Below, one piece after another: positions 35,747 to 45,623 of a stretch of DNA of 49,625 bases. Origin of the DNA: an uncultured Clostridia bacterium (lineage in GTDB: Bacteria; Bacillota; Clostridia; TANB77; CAG-465); assembly GCA_944388565.1 (NCBI GenBank), contig CALXJG010000005.1, positions 1 through 49,625 of the forward strand. Reading direction: 5' to 3'. Position 1 is the first letter of the stretch; every line of letters starts with the position of its first letter. The translations under genes were made by a program, and so were the position numbers. The notes below the pieces were generated by a model. It made no database searches and was not told where the DNA came from. It saw only the letters and a list, made by a program, of their open reading frames with translations.

Positions 35747-36964
35747 TTAACCAATAATGTTAGCAACAGAACCAGCACCTACTGTTCTACCACCTTCACG
35801 AATAGCGAATTTTAATCCTTTTTCGATTGCGATAGGAGTTATAAGTTTGATTTTCATTGTTACATTATCTCCAGGCATAACCATTTCTAATGGAGTACCA
35901 TCAGATGATTTTAATTCTTCCATAACACCTGTAACGTCAGTTGTTCTGAAATAGAATTGTGGTCTGTAACCTTTGAAGAATGGAGTATGTCTTCCACCTT
36001 CTTCTTTAGTTAGTATGTAAACTTCAGCTTCAAAATCAGTATGTGGTTTTATTGAACCTGGTTTAGCAATAACTTGACCTCTTTCGATTTCATCTCTTTG
36101 AACACCTCTTAGAAGAACACCAGCGTTATCACCAGCTTCTGCTTGAGCAAGTTCTTTTCTGAACATTTCGATACCTGTTACAACTGTTTTTCTAGTTTCT
36201 TCAGAAAGTCCAACGATTTCAACTTCTTCAGATAATTTTAAGATACCTCTTTCAATTCTACCTGTAGCAACTGTACCTCTACCTGTGATAGTGAATACAT
36301 CTTCAACTGGCATTAAGAAAGGTTTATCTGTATCTCTTTGTGGAGTTGGTATATATGTATCAACAGCTTCTAATAAATCTTTGATACATTTGTATTCTGG
36401 AGCTTCTGGATCTTTAGAAGTAGATTCTAATACTTTTAAAGCAGAACCTTGAATTACTGGAGTAGTATCACCTGGGAAATCATATTTAGATAATAGATCT
36501 CTTATATCCATTTCAACTAATTCTAATAATTCTGGATCGTCAACCATATCACATTTGTTCATGAATACAACTATATATGGAACACCAACTTGTCTTGCAA
36601 GAAGAATATGTTCTCTTGTTTGTGGCATTGGACCATCAGCAGCAGATACAACTAGAATTGCACCATCCATTTGTGCTGCACCAGTGATCATGTTTTTAAC
36701 ATAGTCAGCATGTCCTGGACAGTCAACGTGTGCATAGTGTCTATTTGCTGTTTCGTATTCAACGTGAGCTGTAGATATTGTTATACCTCTAGCTCTTTCT
36801 TCAGGAGCACCATCGATTTGATCATATGCTCTAAATTCTGCTCCACCTGTTAAGCTACAATATTTAGTTATAGCAGCTGTAAGTGTAGTTTTACCATGGT
36901 CAACGTGACCTATAGTACCAATGTTAGCATGTGGTTTGTTTCTTTCAAACTTTGCTTTTGCCAT
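35747..36964 (-). CDS. tuf: translation elongation factor Tu
   Basis: '[14 protein letters not shown]', '[26 protein letters not shown]', 'NKCD'. AAGGAGGA RBS. Confidence 0.99.
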   Translation of the reverse strand: MAKAKFERNKPHANIGTIGHVDHGKTTLTAAITKYCSLTGGAEFRAYDQIDGAPEERARGITISTAHVEYETANRHYAHVDCPGHADYVKNMITGAAQMDGAILVVSAADGPMPQTREHILLARQVGVPYIVVFMNKCDMVDDPELLELVEMDIRDLLSKYDFPGDTTPVIQGSALKVLESTSKDPEAPEYKCIKDLLEAVDTYIPTPQRDTDKPFLMPVEDVFTITGRGTVATGRIERGILKLSEEVEIVGLSEETRKTVVTGIEMFRKELAQAEAGDNAGVLLRGVQRDEIERGQVIAKPGSIKPHTDFEAEVYILTKEEGGRHTPFFKGYRPQFYFRTTDVTGVMEELKSSDGTPLEMVMPGDNVTMKIKLITPIAIEKGLKFAIREGGRTVGAGSVANIIG

Positions 36965-37035
36965 TTTAAAATTCCTCCTTAAATATCACATTTAATGTCT
37001 AAAAGACATCATTTTATAAATATAATTTTACTACA

Positions 37036-37063
37036 TTTAAAGGTATTTTGCAATACCTTTAAA
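37036..37063 (-). promoter_or_regulatory. perfect 12-bp hairpin in the fusA-tuf spacer, overlapping a possible internal tuf promoter
   Basis: TTTAAAGGTATT ttgc AATACCTTTAAA. The loop plus the first right-arm bases spell TTGCAA, which sits 17 nt upstream of TAAAAT (37030-37025) on the minus strand. No U-tract follows it on the minus strand. Confidence 0.4.
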
Positions 37064-37086
37064 TGCTTTTTTGCTTATTTTAGTTA

Positions 37087-39171
37087 TTATTCTTCAGATT
37101 TTTTTCTGCTAGACACAATAGTTTCTAAAACAGATTTTGGAACTTCTTCATAGTGAGATGGTTCCATAGAGTATACTCCTCTACCTTGAGTTTTAGAACG
37201 TAAGTCTGTAGCATAACCAAACATTTCTGAAAGTGGTATAAATGAATGTATAGTTGTAGTACCTTGTACTGTATCCATACCTTCCATTCTTCCACGTCTT
37301 GAGTTTACATCACCAATAACATCTCCCATATATTCTTCTGGAACAATGATATCAACTTTCATTATTGGTTCAAGTAAAACTGCTCCACCTTGACGACAAG
37401 CTTCTTTAAATGCCATAGATCCAGCAACGTGGAATGCCATTTCAGAAGAGTCAACGTCATGGTAAGAACCATCAACTAAAGCAACCTTAACATCAACAAC
37501 TGGATAACCAGCTAAGATACCAGATTTCATTGCATCTTGAACACCTTCATCAGTTGGTTTAACATATTCTTTAGGAACAACTCCACCAACAATTCTAGAT
37601 TCAAACGAATAACCTTTACCTGGTTCATTTGGTTCAACTTCTAACCAAACGTGACCATATTGACCTCTACCACCAGATTGTCTGATGAATTTACCTTCAA
37701 CTTTTACAGGTTTCTTTATTGTTTCTTTATAAGCAACTTGTGGTTTACCAACGTTTGCTTCAACTTTAAATTCTCTTTTTAATCTATCAACGATGATATC
37801 TAAGTGTAATTCACCCATACCAGCAATGATAGTTTGACCTGTTTCTTGATCTGTATATGTTCTAAAAGATGGATCCTCTTCTGCTAATTTTTGTAATGCA
37901 ACACCCATTTTTTCAGAATCAGCTTTAGACTTTGGTTCTATAGCTATATCTATAACTGGTTCTGGGAACTCAATAGATTCCAATATAATTGGTGCATTTT
38001 CATCACAAATTGTATCTCCAGTTACAACATCTTTTAAACCAACTGCACAAGCAATATCTCCAGCATATACTTTATCTATATCTTGTCTAGAGTTTGCATG
38101 CATTTGAATAAGTCTTCCTATTCTTTCTTTTTTACCTTTATTAGCGTTTAATACATATGAACCACTTTCTAATGTTCCAGAATATACTCTAAAGAAAGTT
38201 AATTTACCAACATATGGATCAGTCATTATTTTAAATGCTAATGCAGAGAATGGTTGATCATCAGCTGATATTCTTTCTTCTTCAGTTCCGTCTGCTAATA
38301 CACCTTTTATATGAGGTATATCAGTTGGAGCTGGCATATAATCAACAATATCATCAAGTAATTCTTGTACACCTTTATTTTTATATGAACTTCCACAAGT
38401 AACTGGAACCATTGTACCAGCTATAGTAGATTTTCTTATAGCAGCTTTCATTTCTTCGATTGAAATGTCTTCACCGCCAAGATATTTTTCCATTAAATCA
38501 TCGTCAACTTCTGCAATATGCTCTAGTAACTCAGTTCTATATTTTTCTGCTAATTCCTTCATGTCTTCTGGAATTTCTTCATGTCTAACATCTTTTCCAA
38601 GATCATCATAATGTACTAAAGCTTCCATTTTTAATAAGTCAACAATTCCTTTAAAGTTATCTTCTTTTCCAATAGGTAATGCAATTGGCACAGCATTTGC
38701 TTGTAATCTTTCTCTTAATTGTTTTACGCAATTATAGAAATCAGCACCTGTGATGTCCATTTTATTAACATATACCATTCTTGGTACATTATATTTATTT
38801 GCTTGTCTCCAAACAGTTTCTGATTGTGGTTGAACGCCACCCTTAGCACAAAGTACTGTAACAGAACCGTCTAGTACTCTAAGAGATCTTTCAACTTCTA
38901 TTGTAAAGTCAACGTGTCCTGGAGTGTCTATTATATTTATTCTGTTATTGTTCCAAAAACAAGTTGTTGCAGCTGAAGTAATTGTTATACCTCTTTCTTG
39001 TTCTTGAGCCATCCAGTCCATTGTTGCTTCACCTTCATGAACTTCACCTATTTTATGTGTTTTACCAGTATAAAATAGTATTCTTTCAGTAGTAGTAGTT
39101 TTACCAGCATCAATATGTGCCATGATACCGATATTTCTTGTCCTCTCAAGAGGATATTCTCTACCTGCCAT
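37087..39171 (-). CDS. fusA: translation elongation factor G
   Basis: '[15 protein letters not shown]', 'DTPGHVDFT', 'NKMD'. 694 aa. AAGGAGGA RBS. Confidence 0.99.
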   Translation of the reverse strand: MAGREYPLERTRNIGIMAHIDAGKTTTTERILFYTGKTHKIGEVHEGEATMDWMAQEQERGITITSAATTCFWNNNRINIIDTPGHVDFTIEVERSLRVLDGSVTVLCAKGGVQPQSETVWRQANKYNVPRMVYVNKMDITGADFYNCVKQLRERLQANAVPIALPIGKEDNFKGIVDLLKMEALVHYDDLGKDVRHEEIPEDMKELAEKYRTELLEHIAEVDDDLMEKYLGGEDISIEEMKAAIRKSTIAGTMVPVTCGSSYKNKGVQELLDDIVDYMPAPTDIPHIKGVLADGTEEERISADDQPFSALAFKIMTDPYVGKLTFFRVYSGTLESGSYVLNANKGKKERIGRLIQMHANSRQDIDKVYAGDIACAVGLKDVVTGDTICDENAPIILESIEFPEPVIDIAIEPKSKADSEKMGVALQKLAEEDPSFRTYTDQETGQTIIAGMGELHLDIIVDRLKREFKVEANVGKPQVAYKETIKKPVKVEGKFIRQSGGRGQYGHVWLEVEPNEPGKGYSFESRIVGGVVPKEYVKPTDEGVQDAMKSGILAGYPVVDVKVALVDGSYHDVDSSEMAFHVAGSMAFKEACRQGGAVLLEPIMKVDIIVPEEYMGDVIGDVNSRRGRMEGMDTVQGTTTIHSFIPLSEMFGYATDLRSKTQGRGVYSMEPSHYEEVPKSVLETIVSSRKKSEE

Positions 39172-39195
39172 TTATTTTCCTCCTTTGCATTAATA

Positions 39196-39690
<495 letters not shown>

Positions 39691-39786
39691 TTAAACTTAA
39701 ATTAAGTCTATAGGTACTCAAAAATTTTTAATTTCTGTAAGGGCTCTTTGTTTAATATATTTTAAACTTAAGCGCCTAACTTAAAA

Positions 39787-40203
39787 CTATTTTTTCTTTG
39801 CTCTTTTTGCACCATATTTTGATTTTGCTTGCATACGATTTGCAACACCTGCTGTATCAAGCACACCTCTAACAATGTGATAACGAACACCTGGAAGATC
39901 TTTAACCCTTCCACCTCTAATTAGAACAACACTATGTTCTTGTAAGTTATGTCCTATTCCTGGGATATATGCTGTTACTTCCATTGTATTAGAAAGTTTT
40001 ACTCTGGCTACTTTACGAAGAGCTGAGTTTGGTTTTTTAGGAGTTTGAGTTTTAACAACTGTACAAACACCTCTTTTTTGTGGAGAAGATTGATTAGTAG
40101 CAGCTTTTTTTCTTGAGTTATAACCTCTTTGTAAAGCTGGTGATTTAGATTTAGTTACTTTATCTTCTCTACCTTTTCTAACTAATTGGCTAAATGTAGG
40201 CAC
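39787..40203 (-). CDS. rpsL: 30S ribosomal protein S12
   Basis: '[11 protein letters not shown]', '[10 protein letters not shown]', '[13 protein letters not shown]'. GTG start preceded by GGAAGGTGA. Confidence 0.98.
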   Translation of the reverse strand: MPTFSQLVRKGREDKVTKSKSPALQRGYNSRKKAATNQSSPQKRGVCTVVKTQTPKKPNSALRKVARVKLSNTMEVTAYIPGIGHNLQEHSVVLIRGGRVKDLPGVRYHIVRGVLDTAGVANRMQAKSKYGAKRAKKK

Positions 40204-40262
40204 TTTAAGTTCACCTTCCTTTCTTCTTATGCATTATGTAAAATTCACATAATACATATTTA

Positions 40263-40291
40263 ATTATAATAAAAAATTAGCATAAAGTCAA
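40263..40291 (-). promoter_or_regulatory. sigma-A promoter TTGACT-17 nt-TATAAT for the str operon, with A-tract UP-like region
   Basis: Minus strand TTGACT TTATGCTAATTTTTTAT TATAAT. Upstream (40292-40330) carries phased A-tracts TAAAAAATG...TAAAAATACGTAAAAAACA. Confidence 0.6.
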
Positions 40292-40329
40292 TGTTTTTTA
40301 CGTATTTTTACATAAATATTACATTTTTT

Positions 40330-40365
40330 ACAAAAATAGTGCAGAGAAATTTTCTCTGCACTATT
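40330..40365 (-). terminator. rho-independent terminator after the ABC remnant
   Basis: Perfect 13-bp stem ATAGTGCAGAGAA/TTCTCTGCACTAT (40336-40348 / 40352-40364), followed on the minus strand by UUUUGUAAAAAAUG. Confidence 0.75.
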
Positions 40366-40369
40366 ATAA

Positions 40370-40729
40370 TCATCCTACGACTTTACTATTACTATTGTCA
40401 ATTGCAATAATATCATACGTCTTGTCAATCATATCCTTTATAAGGCTATATTGATGTGTACAAATAAGAATAAATCTCTTTTTATCTCTATTACAATACT
40501 CCTTAATAAACTCTACAACTTTCCTTGCATTATTTACATCTAGGCTACCAATTGGTTCATCAATACATACCAAATCAGAATTACCTAAATTATATAATGT
40601 TCTTGCAATTAAAGCTCTTTACCGTAATCCATTTGAAAGTTCTTTGCAAGAAACCTTACTTAATGAATCCACAGTTTTAAACTTATTGCCAAGTTGTATA
40701 CCCAAAATGATTTCAACAAGCTTATTATA
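40370..40729 (-). pseudogene. decayed ABC-transporter ATPase: C-terminal half only, with an in-frame stop in the signature motif
   Basis: The frame reads 'YNKLVEIILGIQLGNKFKTVDSLSKVSCKELSNGLR*RALIARTLYNLGNSDLVCIDEPIGSLDVNNARKVV...LICTHQ'. It has the signature-like LSNGLR, TAA at 40621-40619 where Gln is expected, Walker B 'LVCIDEP', D-loop SLD and H-loop 'THQ'. There is no Walker A and no room for one before the upstream gene. Confidence 0.75.
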
Positions 40730-40732
40730 TTA

Positions 40733-41935
40733 TTACTTTTTAAATATAATATATGTATCTAAAATGTTATAATAAACAAATTTTGTAGCATTTCTATCTA
40801 AATAAGAAGTATAATCACCATCTCTTAAAACCCTTATTGTTTTATCTGGTACATCAGATATTCCTTCCACTTTAAACTCAACCAAGCTCTCATTTTTGTT
40901 ATTATCAAGTATAGATTTCAATTTTGTATTAAAATCAGACATATTATCAATATAACTATTATTTTTTATATAATAATTATTGTTATTTGATGTAGATTGT
41001 GGAAGTATATTTTCTTCATCTATAGTATGTGATTCCTTTATTTCCTCACTAGTTATATTAAAATATGAATGTACAACTACATTTTCATCTACTGATTCAA
41101 TAGACTTATTAGATGTTAAATCTGTATGATACCACTCACCATCTATTTCTACTAAATTCCAAGCATGAGGTTCAGATTTTAAGCTTCCAGATACGACTAA
41201 TGAATTAATACCTACTCTATCAAGTAAAATTTGTAAAGCCTTTGCAATACCATCACACACAGCTGATTTTTCAACTAAAGCACCATATATATTATGGCAT
41301 TTATTTGGTATATCACTTATTTTCTCATACTTGTAATAGCTAATACTTTCACCAAGATAATCATGTATTTTTACTTCATTATTGAAACATTCTCCCTCTA
41401 TTATATTACATTCACTTATTATGTTATTTATAATTACGTCTATTTCGTTTATCTTTTCATTTAATTGTTCCATATTTTCATAACTATAATTTAGGCGAAG
41501 TCTAATTCTAGTTTTAGATAAAGTTTCTATTGATTCAACTGAATACTTTTCCTCTAAATAAAAGACTTCTGGATGGTCAAGTAAAAATTTATGAAGTGCA
41601 ATTTCTACATCCTTCATTGCTGTTTCAGAATCTATATAGTTATATTCTTTTAAATCTATCTCATTACTTAAGTCTTTAACACCATTTGCAATAGCAGTAT
41701 ATATAATTTTTTGTTCTTCTGTTAATGTATTAAAATAAAAAGAATTGTTTTTTATTCCCAGTTTATTTATGCTAAAATCAGATGTATAAGGCTCTACTTT
41801 ATCAGATGAAAACATTCCTTTAATATCACTAATCATTAAACTTATGTTATTTAATAATTTAGGATTTCTATATATTACAAACACAGAACCTATAAGTATA
41901 ACACATATTATAAATACTGTTAAAAACTTTTTCAT
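40733..41935 (-). CDS. membrane-anchored transglutaminase-like (papain-fold Cys-His-Asp) domain protein
   Basis: N-terminal TM 'FLTVFIICVILIGSVFVIY'. Core 'SAVCDGIAKALQILLDRVGINSLVVSGSLKSEPHAWNLVEIDGEWYHTDLT'. GGGGAG RBS. Confidence 0.75.
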   Translation of the reverse strand: MKKFLTVFIICVILIGSVFVIYRNPKLLNNISLMISDIKGMFSSDKVEPYTSDFSINKLGIKNNSFYFNTLTEEQKIIYTAIANGVKDLSNEIDLKEYNYIDSETAMKDVEIALHKFLLDHPEVFYLEEKYSVESIETLSKTRIRLRLNYSYENMEQLNEKINEIDVIINNIISECNIIEGECFNNEVKIHDYLGESISYYKYEKISDIPNKCHNIYGALVEKSAVCDGIAKALQILLDRVGINSLVVSGSLKSEPHAWNLVEIDGEWYHTDLTSNKSIESVDENVVVHSYFNITSEEIKESHTIDEENILPQSTSNNNNYYIKNNSYIDNMSDFNTKLKSILDNNKNESLVEFKVEGISDVPDKTIRVLRDGDYTSYLDRNATKFVYYNILDTYIIFKK

Positions 41936-41949
41936 TATTTATTACTCCC

Positions 41950-41981
41950 CTTATTTTAGTATATAACTTATTTTAGTATAT
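41950..41981. repeat. tandem direct duplication, 2 x 15 bp identical with a 17-bp period
   Basis: cttattttagtatat at 41950-41964 and again at 41967-41981. It lies in the promoter/leader of the transglutaminase-like gene. Each copy carries a TAAAAT -10-like hexamer on the minus strand. Confidence 0.9.
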
Positions 41982-42000
41982 ATACCAACAAATTTCAATG

Positions 42001-42039
42001 AAAAAAAGAAATTTAGTGTTTATTTTACTAAATTTCTTT
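42001..42039 (-). terminator. rho-independent terminator after rpoC
   Basis: Perfect 13-bp stem AAAGAAATTTAGT/ACTAAATTTCTTT (42005-42017 / 42027-42039), running into UUUUUUUC on the minus strand. Confidence 0.7.
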
Positions 42040-42046
42040 TTTTACA

Positions 42047-45000
42047 TTATTCTTTTATCTCGTTAAATATATATTCTTCTGTAGAGACATTATCTGAAGT
42101 AGTATCTGGTTCATCGCTTTCAATTTTAATGCTATCATAATCGATTATTCCAGTACCAGCAGGTATTAATCTACCAATTATAACATTTTCTTTAAGTCCA
42201 AGTAATTTATCAACTTTTCCTTTTACTGCTGCATCTGTTAATACTCTAGCAGTCTCTTGGAATGATGCTGCAGATAAGAATGAGTCTGTTTGTAATGCTA
42301 TCTTTGTTATACCTTGTAGTGTTTTTTGTCCTTTTGCAACTTTCTTTCCTTCAGCCATTGCTACTTTATTAGCATGGTTAAATTCTGTCATATCTACAGT
42401 AGTTCCTGTAATTAGAGAAGTTTCACAAGCATCTACTACTAATATTTTTCTTAGCATTTGTCTTCCAACTATTTCAATATGTTTATCATTTATATGAACA
42501 CCTTGTGTTCTATATACTTTTTGAACTTCATCTATTAAATAGTTTTCAACTGCTACATCGCCATTTATACGTATTATATCATGAGGATCAAGTGAACCTT
42601 CAGTTATTCTATCTCCAGCTTTTACAACTGAACCATCAGTAACTACAAGTCTCATTCCATATGGAATAATATATTTTTCTACATATTTATCATCACGAGT
42701 AACAATAACTTCTTTATTAGAACCATGTTCGCCTAGAGTTACTGTACCATCTATTTCAGTAACCATAGCAACGCCCTTAGGTTTTCTAGCTTCAAATAAT
42801 TCTTCAACTCTAGGAAGACCTTGTGTTATATCAGATCCTGCAACACCACCACTATGAATTGTTCTCATTGTAAGTTGGGTACCAGGTTCACCTATAGATT
42901 GAGCAGCTATTATACCAATTGCCTCACCTGGTGTAATAGGTTCACCAGTAGCAAGGTTCTTACCATAACATTTAGCACAAACTCCTCTAACAGATTCGCA
43001 AGTAAATGCAGATCTAATTTTTACTCTTTGTACTCCTGTTTTTATAATTTTATCTGCAATATCTTCAGTAACATATGTATTGTGAGGGAATAACACATTA
43101 CCATTTTCATCAGTTATATCCTCAGCTAAATATCTACCTTCAATTCTTTCAGATAATTTTTCAATTGGTTCTCCACTTTCCATGATTGATTCAACATAAA
43201 ATCCTTCATGTGTTCCACAATCATCTTCCATTACAATTACATCTTGGTTAACATCAACAAGTCTTCTTGTTAAGTAACCAGAGTCAGCAGTTCTTAAAGC
43301 TGTATCAGCAAGACCCTTTCTTGCACCATGTGAAGCAATAAAGAATTCTATAACGTCTAGACCTTCTTTAAAGTTAGATTTTATAGGTAACTCTATTGTT
43401 CTACCCATTGTATCAGCCATAAGTCCACGCATACCACCAAGTTGTCTAATTTGAGTTGGGTTACCTCTAGCACCAGTATTTGCCATCATTTGTAATGGAT
43501 TCATAATGTTAGGGTTATTCATTATCTCTGCTTGTATTTTATCTGTTGCATTAGACCATATTTTGATTATTTCGTTATATCTTTCCTCATTAGAAATAAG
43601 TCCACGTTTATAGTTTTTACTTACTACTTCTGCGTCTTCAGCAGCTTTAGCAAGAATTTGAGGTTTATTTTTTGGTATTTCAATATCAGAAACAGATATT
43701 GTAACAGCAGCTTGTGTTGAATATTTATATCCATTTTCTTTTATATCATCTAACACAACAGCTGTTTTTGCTATACCATGTTTTGCTATACATTTATCAA
43801 CTATTTGTCCAAGTTGTTTTTTCTTAACTTCAAAATCAATTTCTAATTTTAAATAGTTTTCTTCTTTACTTCTATCAACATATCCAATATCTTGAGGAAT
43901 ATAACTATTGAATATAAGTCTTCCAGCAGTAGCATCTATTATTCCAGTATATTTTTTACCATCTATTTCCTTTGATACCTTTACTTTGATAGGAGCATGC
44001 ATTCCTATGAATTTTTCATCATAAGCCATCATTACTTCATCAACACTTGAAAATATCTTTCCTGCACCAGGTTCATCATCTATTTTTACAGTTAGATAGA
44101 AACTTCCTAGTATCATGTCCATTGAAGGAACTGCGACTGGTTTACCATCTTGTAATTTAAGTAAGTTATTTGAAGCAAGCATTAACATTTTTGCTTCTGC
44201 TACAGCTTCTGGTGATAATGGAACGTGTACCGCCATTTGGTCACCATCAAAGTCAGCATTAAATGCTGTACAAACAAGTGGATGTAATTTTATTGCTCTA
44301 CCTTCAACTAAAACTGGCTCAAAAGCTTGAATACCAAGTCTATGTAATGTAGGCGCACGGTTTAATAGAACAGGTCTATCTTTTATAACGTCCTCTAAAA
44401 CATCCCATACTTCAACTGCTGTTCTTTCAACCATTCTTTTTGCATTTTTAATATTAAATGCTAAACCTCTTTTTACAAGTTCTTTCATAACAAAAGGTTT
44501 AAATAGTTCAAGAGCCATCTCTCTTGGTAATCCACATTGATGTATTTTTAGTGCTGGTCCAACAACTATAACTGAACGTCCAGAATAGTCAACACGTTTA
44601 CCAAGTAAGTTTTGTCTAAATCTACCTTGTTTACCTTTTAACATGTCTGATAGAGATTTTAAAGCTCTTCCACCAGCACCAGTTATAGGTCTTCCACGTC
44701 TTCCGTTATCAATTAATGCATCAACAGCTTCTTGAAGCATTCTTTTTTCATTTCTTACTATTATATCTGGAGCTTCTAATTCAAGTAATCTTTTTAATCT
44801 GTTATTTCTGTTAATAACTCTTCTATATAAATCATTAAGATCAGAAGTTGCAAACCTACCACCATCAAGTTGTACCATTGGACGTAAGTCTGGTGGTATT
44901 ACAGGTAACGCCTCTAATATCATCCATTCTGGCTTATTACCTGATTCTATAAATGCATCAACTGTTTCAATTCTTTTTATAAGTTTTGCACGTTTAGCAC

Positions 45001-45601
45001 CAGTTGCTTTTTCTAATTCTTTTTTTAGACTTTTTTGTAATTTAACTAAATCTATTTTTTGTAATAATTCTCTGATAGCTTCTGCACCCATGCCAACTCT
45101 TAAACTATCAGGTCCATATTTTTCTAAAGCTTCTCTATATTCTTTTTCATTTATAACGTCGCACTCTTTAAAACCTGTATCTTTAGCATCTAAAACTACA
45201 TAAGAAGCGAAGTATAATACTTTTTCTAAAGCTTTAGGAGACATATCTAGTATAAGGCCCATTCTACCTGGTATTCCTTTAAAGAACCAGATGTGTGAGA
45301 CAGGGCAAGCAAGTTCAATATGCCCTAGTCTTTCACGTCTTACTTTTTTCTTTGTAACTTCAACACCACATCTATCACAAATGATGCCCTTATATCTTAC
45401 TTTCTTGTATTTACCACAATAACATTCCCAATCTTTTGTTGGTCCAAATATTTTTTCGCAAAATAGACCATCTCTTTCAGGTTTTAAAGTTCTGTAGTTG
45501 ATAGTTTCTGGTTTTTTAACTTCTCCTTTTGACCATTCCCTAATCTTTTCTGGAGAGGCAAGACCAATACTTAATCTATCAAAATTATCCATATCTTGCA
45601 T
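42047..45601 (-). CDS. rpoC: DNA-directed RNA polymerase subunit beta'
   Basis: Zn motif '[23 protein letters not shown]', catalytic '[12 protein letters not shown]'. 1184 aa. AAGGAGGA RBS. Confidence 0.99.
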   Translation of the reverse strand: MQDMDNFDRLSIGLASPEKIREWSKGEVKKPETINYRTLKPERDGLFCEKIFGPTKDWECYCGKYKKVRYKGIICDRCGVEVTKKKVRRERLGHIELACPVSHIWFFKGIPGRMGLILDMSPKALEKVLYFASYVVLDAKDTGFKECDVINEKEYREALEKYGPDSLRVGMGAEAIRELLQKIDLVKLQKSLKKELEKATGAKRAKLIKRIETVDAFIESGNKPEWMILEALPVIPPDLRPMVQLDGGRFATSDLNDLYRRVINRNNRLKRLLELEAPDIIVRNEKRMLQEAVDALIDNGRRGRPITGAGGRALKSLSDMLKGKQGRFRQNLLGKRVDYSGRSVIVVGPALKIHQCGLPREMALELFKPFVMKELVKRGLAFNIKNAKRMVERTAVEVWDVLEDVIKDRPVLLNRAPTLHRLGIQAFEPVLVEGRAIKLHPLVCTAFNADFDGDQMAVHVPLSPEAVAEAKMLMLASNNLLKLQDGKPVAVPSMDMILGSFYLTVKIDDEPGAGKIFSSVDEVMMAYDEKFIGMHAPIKVKVSKEIDGKKYTGIIDATAGRLIFNSYIPQDIGYVDRSKEENYLKLEIDFEVKKKQLGQIVDKCIAKHGIAKTAVVLDDIKENGYKYSTQAAVTISVSDIEIPKNKPQILAKAAEDAEVVSKNYKRGLISNEERYNEIIKIWSNATDKIQAEIMNNPNIMNPLQMMANTGARGNPTQIRQLGGMRGLMADTMGRTIELPIKSNFKEGLDVIEFFIASHGARKGLADTALRTADSGYLTRRLVDVNQDVIVMEDDCGTHEGFYVESIMESGEPIEKLSERIEGRYLAEDITDENGNVLFPHNTYVTEDIADKIIKTGVQRVKIRSAFTCESVRGVCAKCYGKNLATGEPITPGEAIGIIAAQSIGEPGTQLTMRTIHSGGVAGSDITQGLPRVEELFEARKPKGVAMVTEIDGTVTLGEHGSNKEVIVTRDDKYVEKYIIPYGMRLVVTDGSVVKAGDRITEGSLDPHDIIRINGDVAVENYLIDEVQKVYRTQGVHINDKHIEIVGRQMLRKILVVDACETSLITGTTVDMTEFNHANKVAMAEGKKVAKGQKTLQGITKIALQTDSFLSAASFQETARVLTDAAVKGKVDKLLGLKENVIIGRLIPAGTGIIDYDSIKIESDEPDTTSDNVSTEEYIFNEIKE

Positions 45602-45623
45602 ACTTTAAATTCCTCCTTATAAA

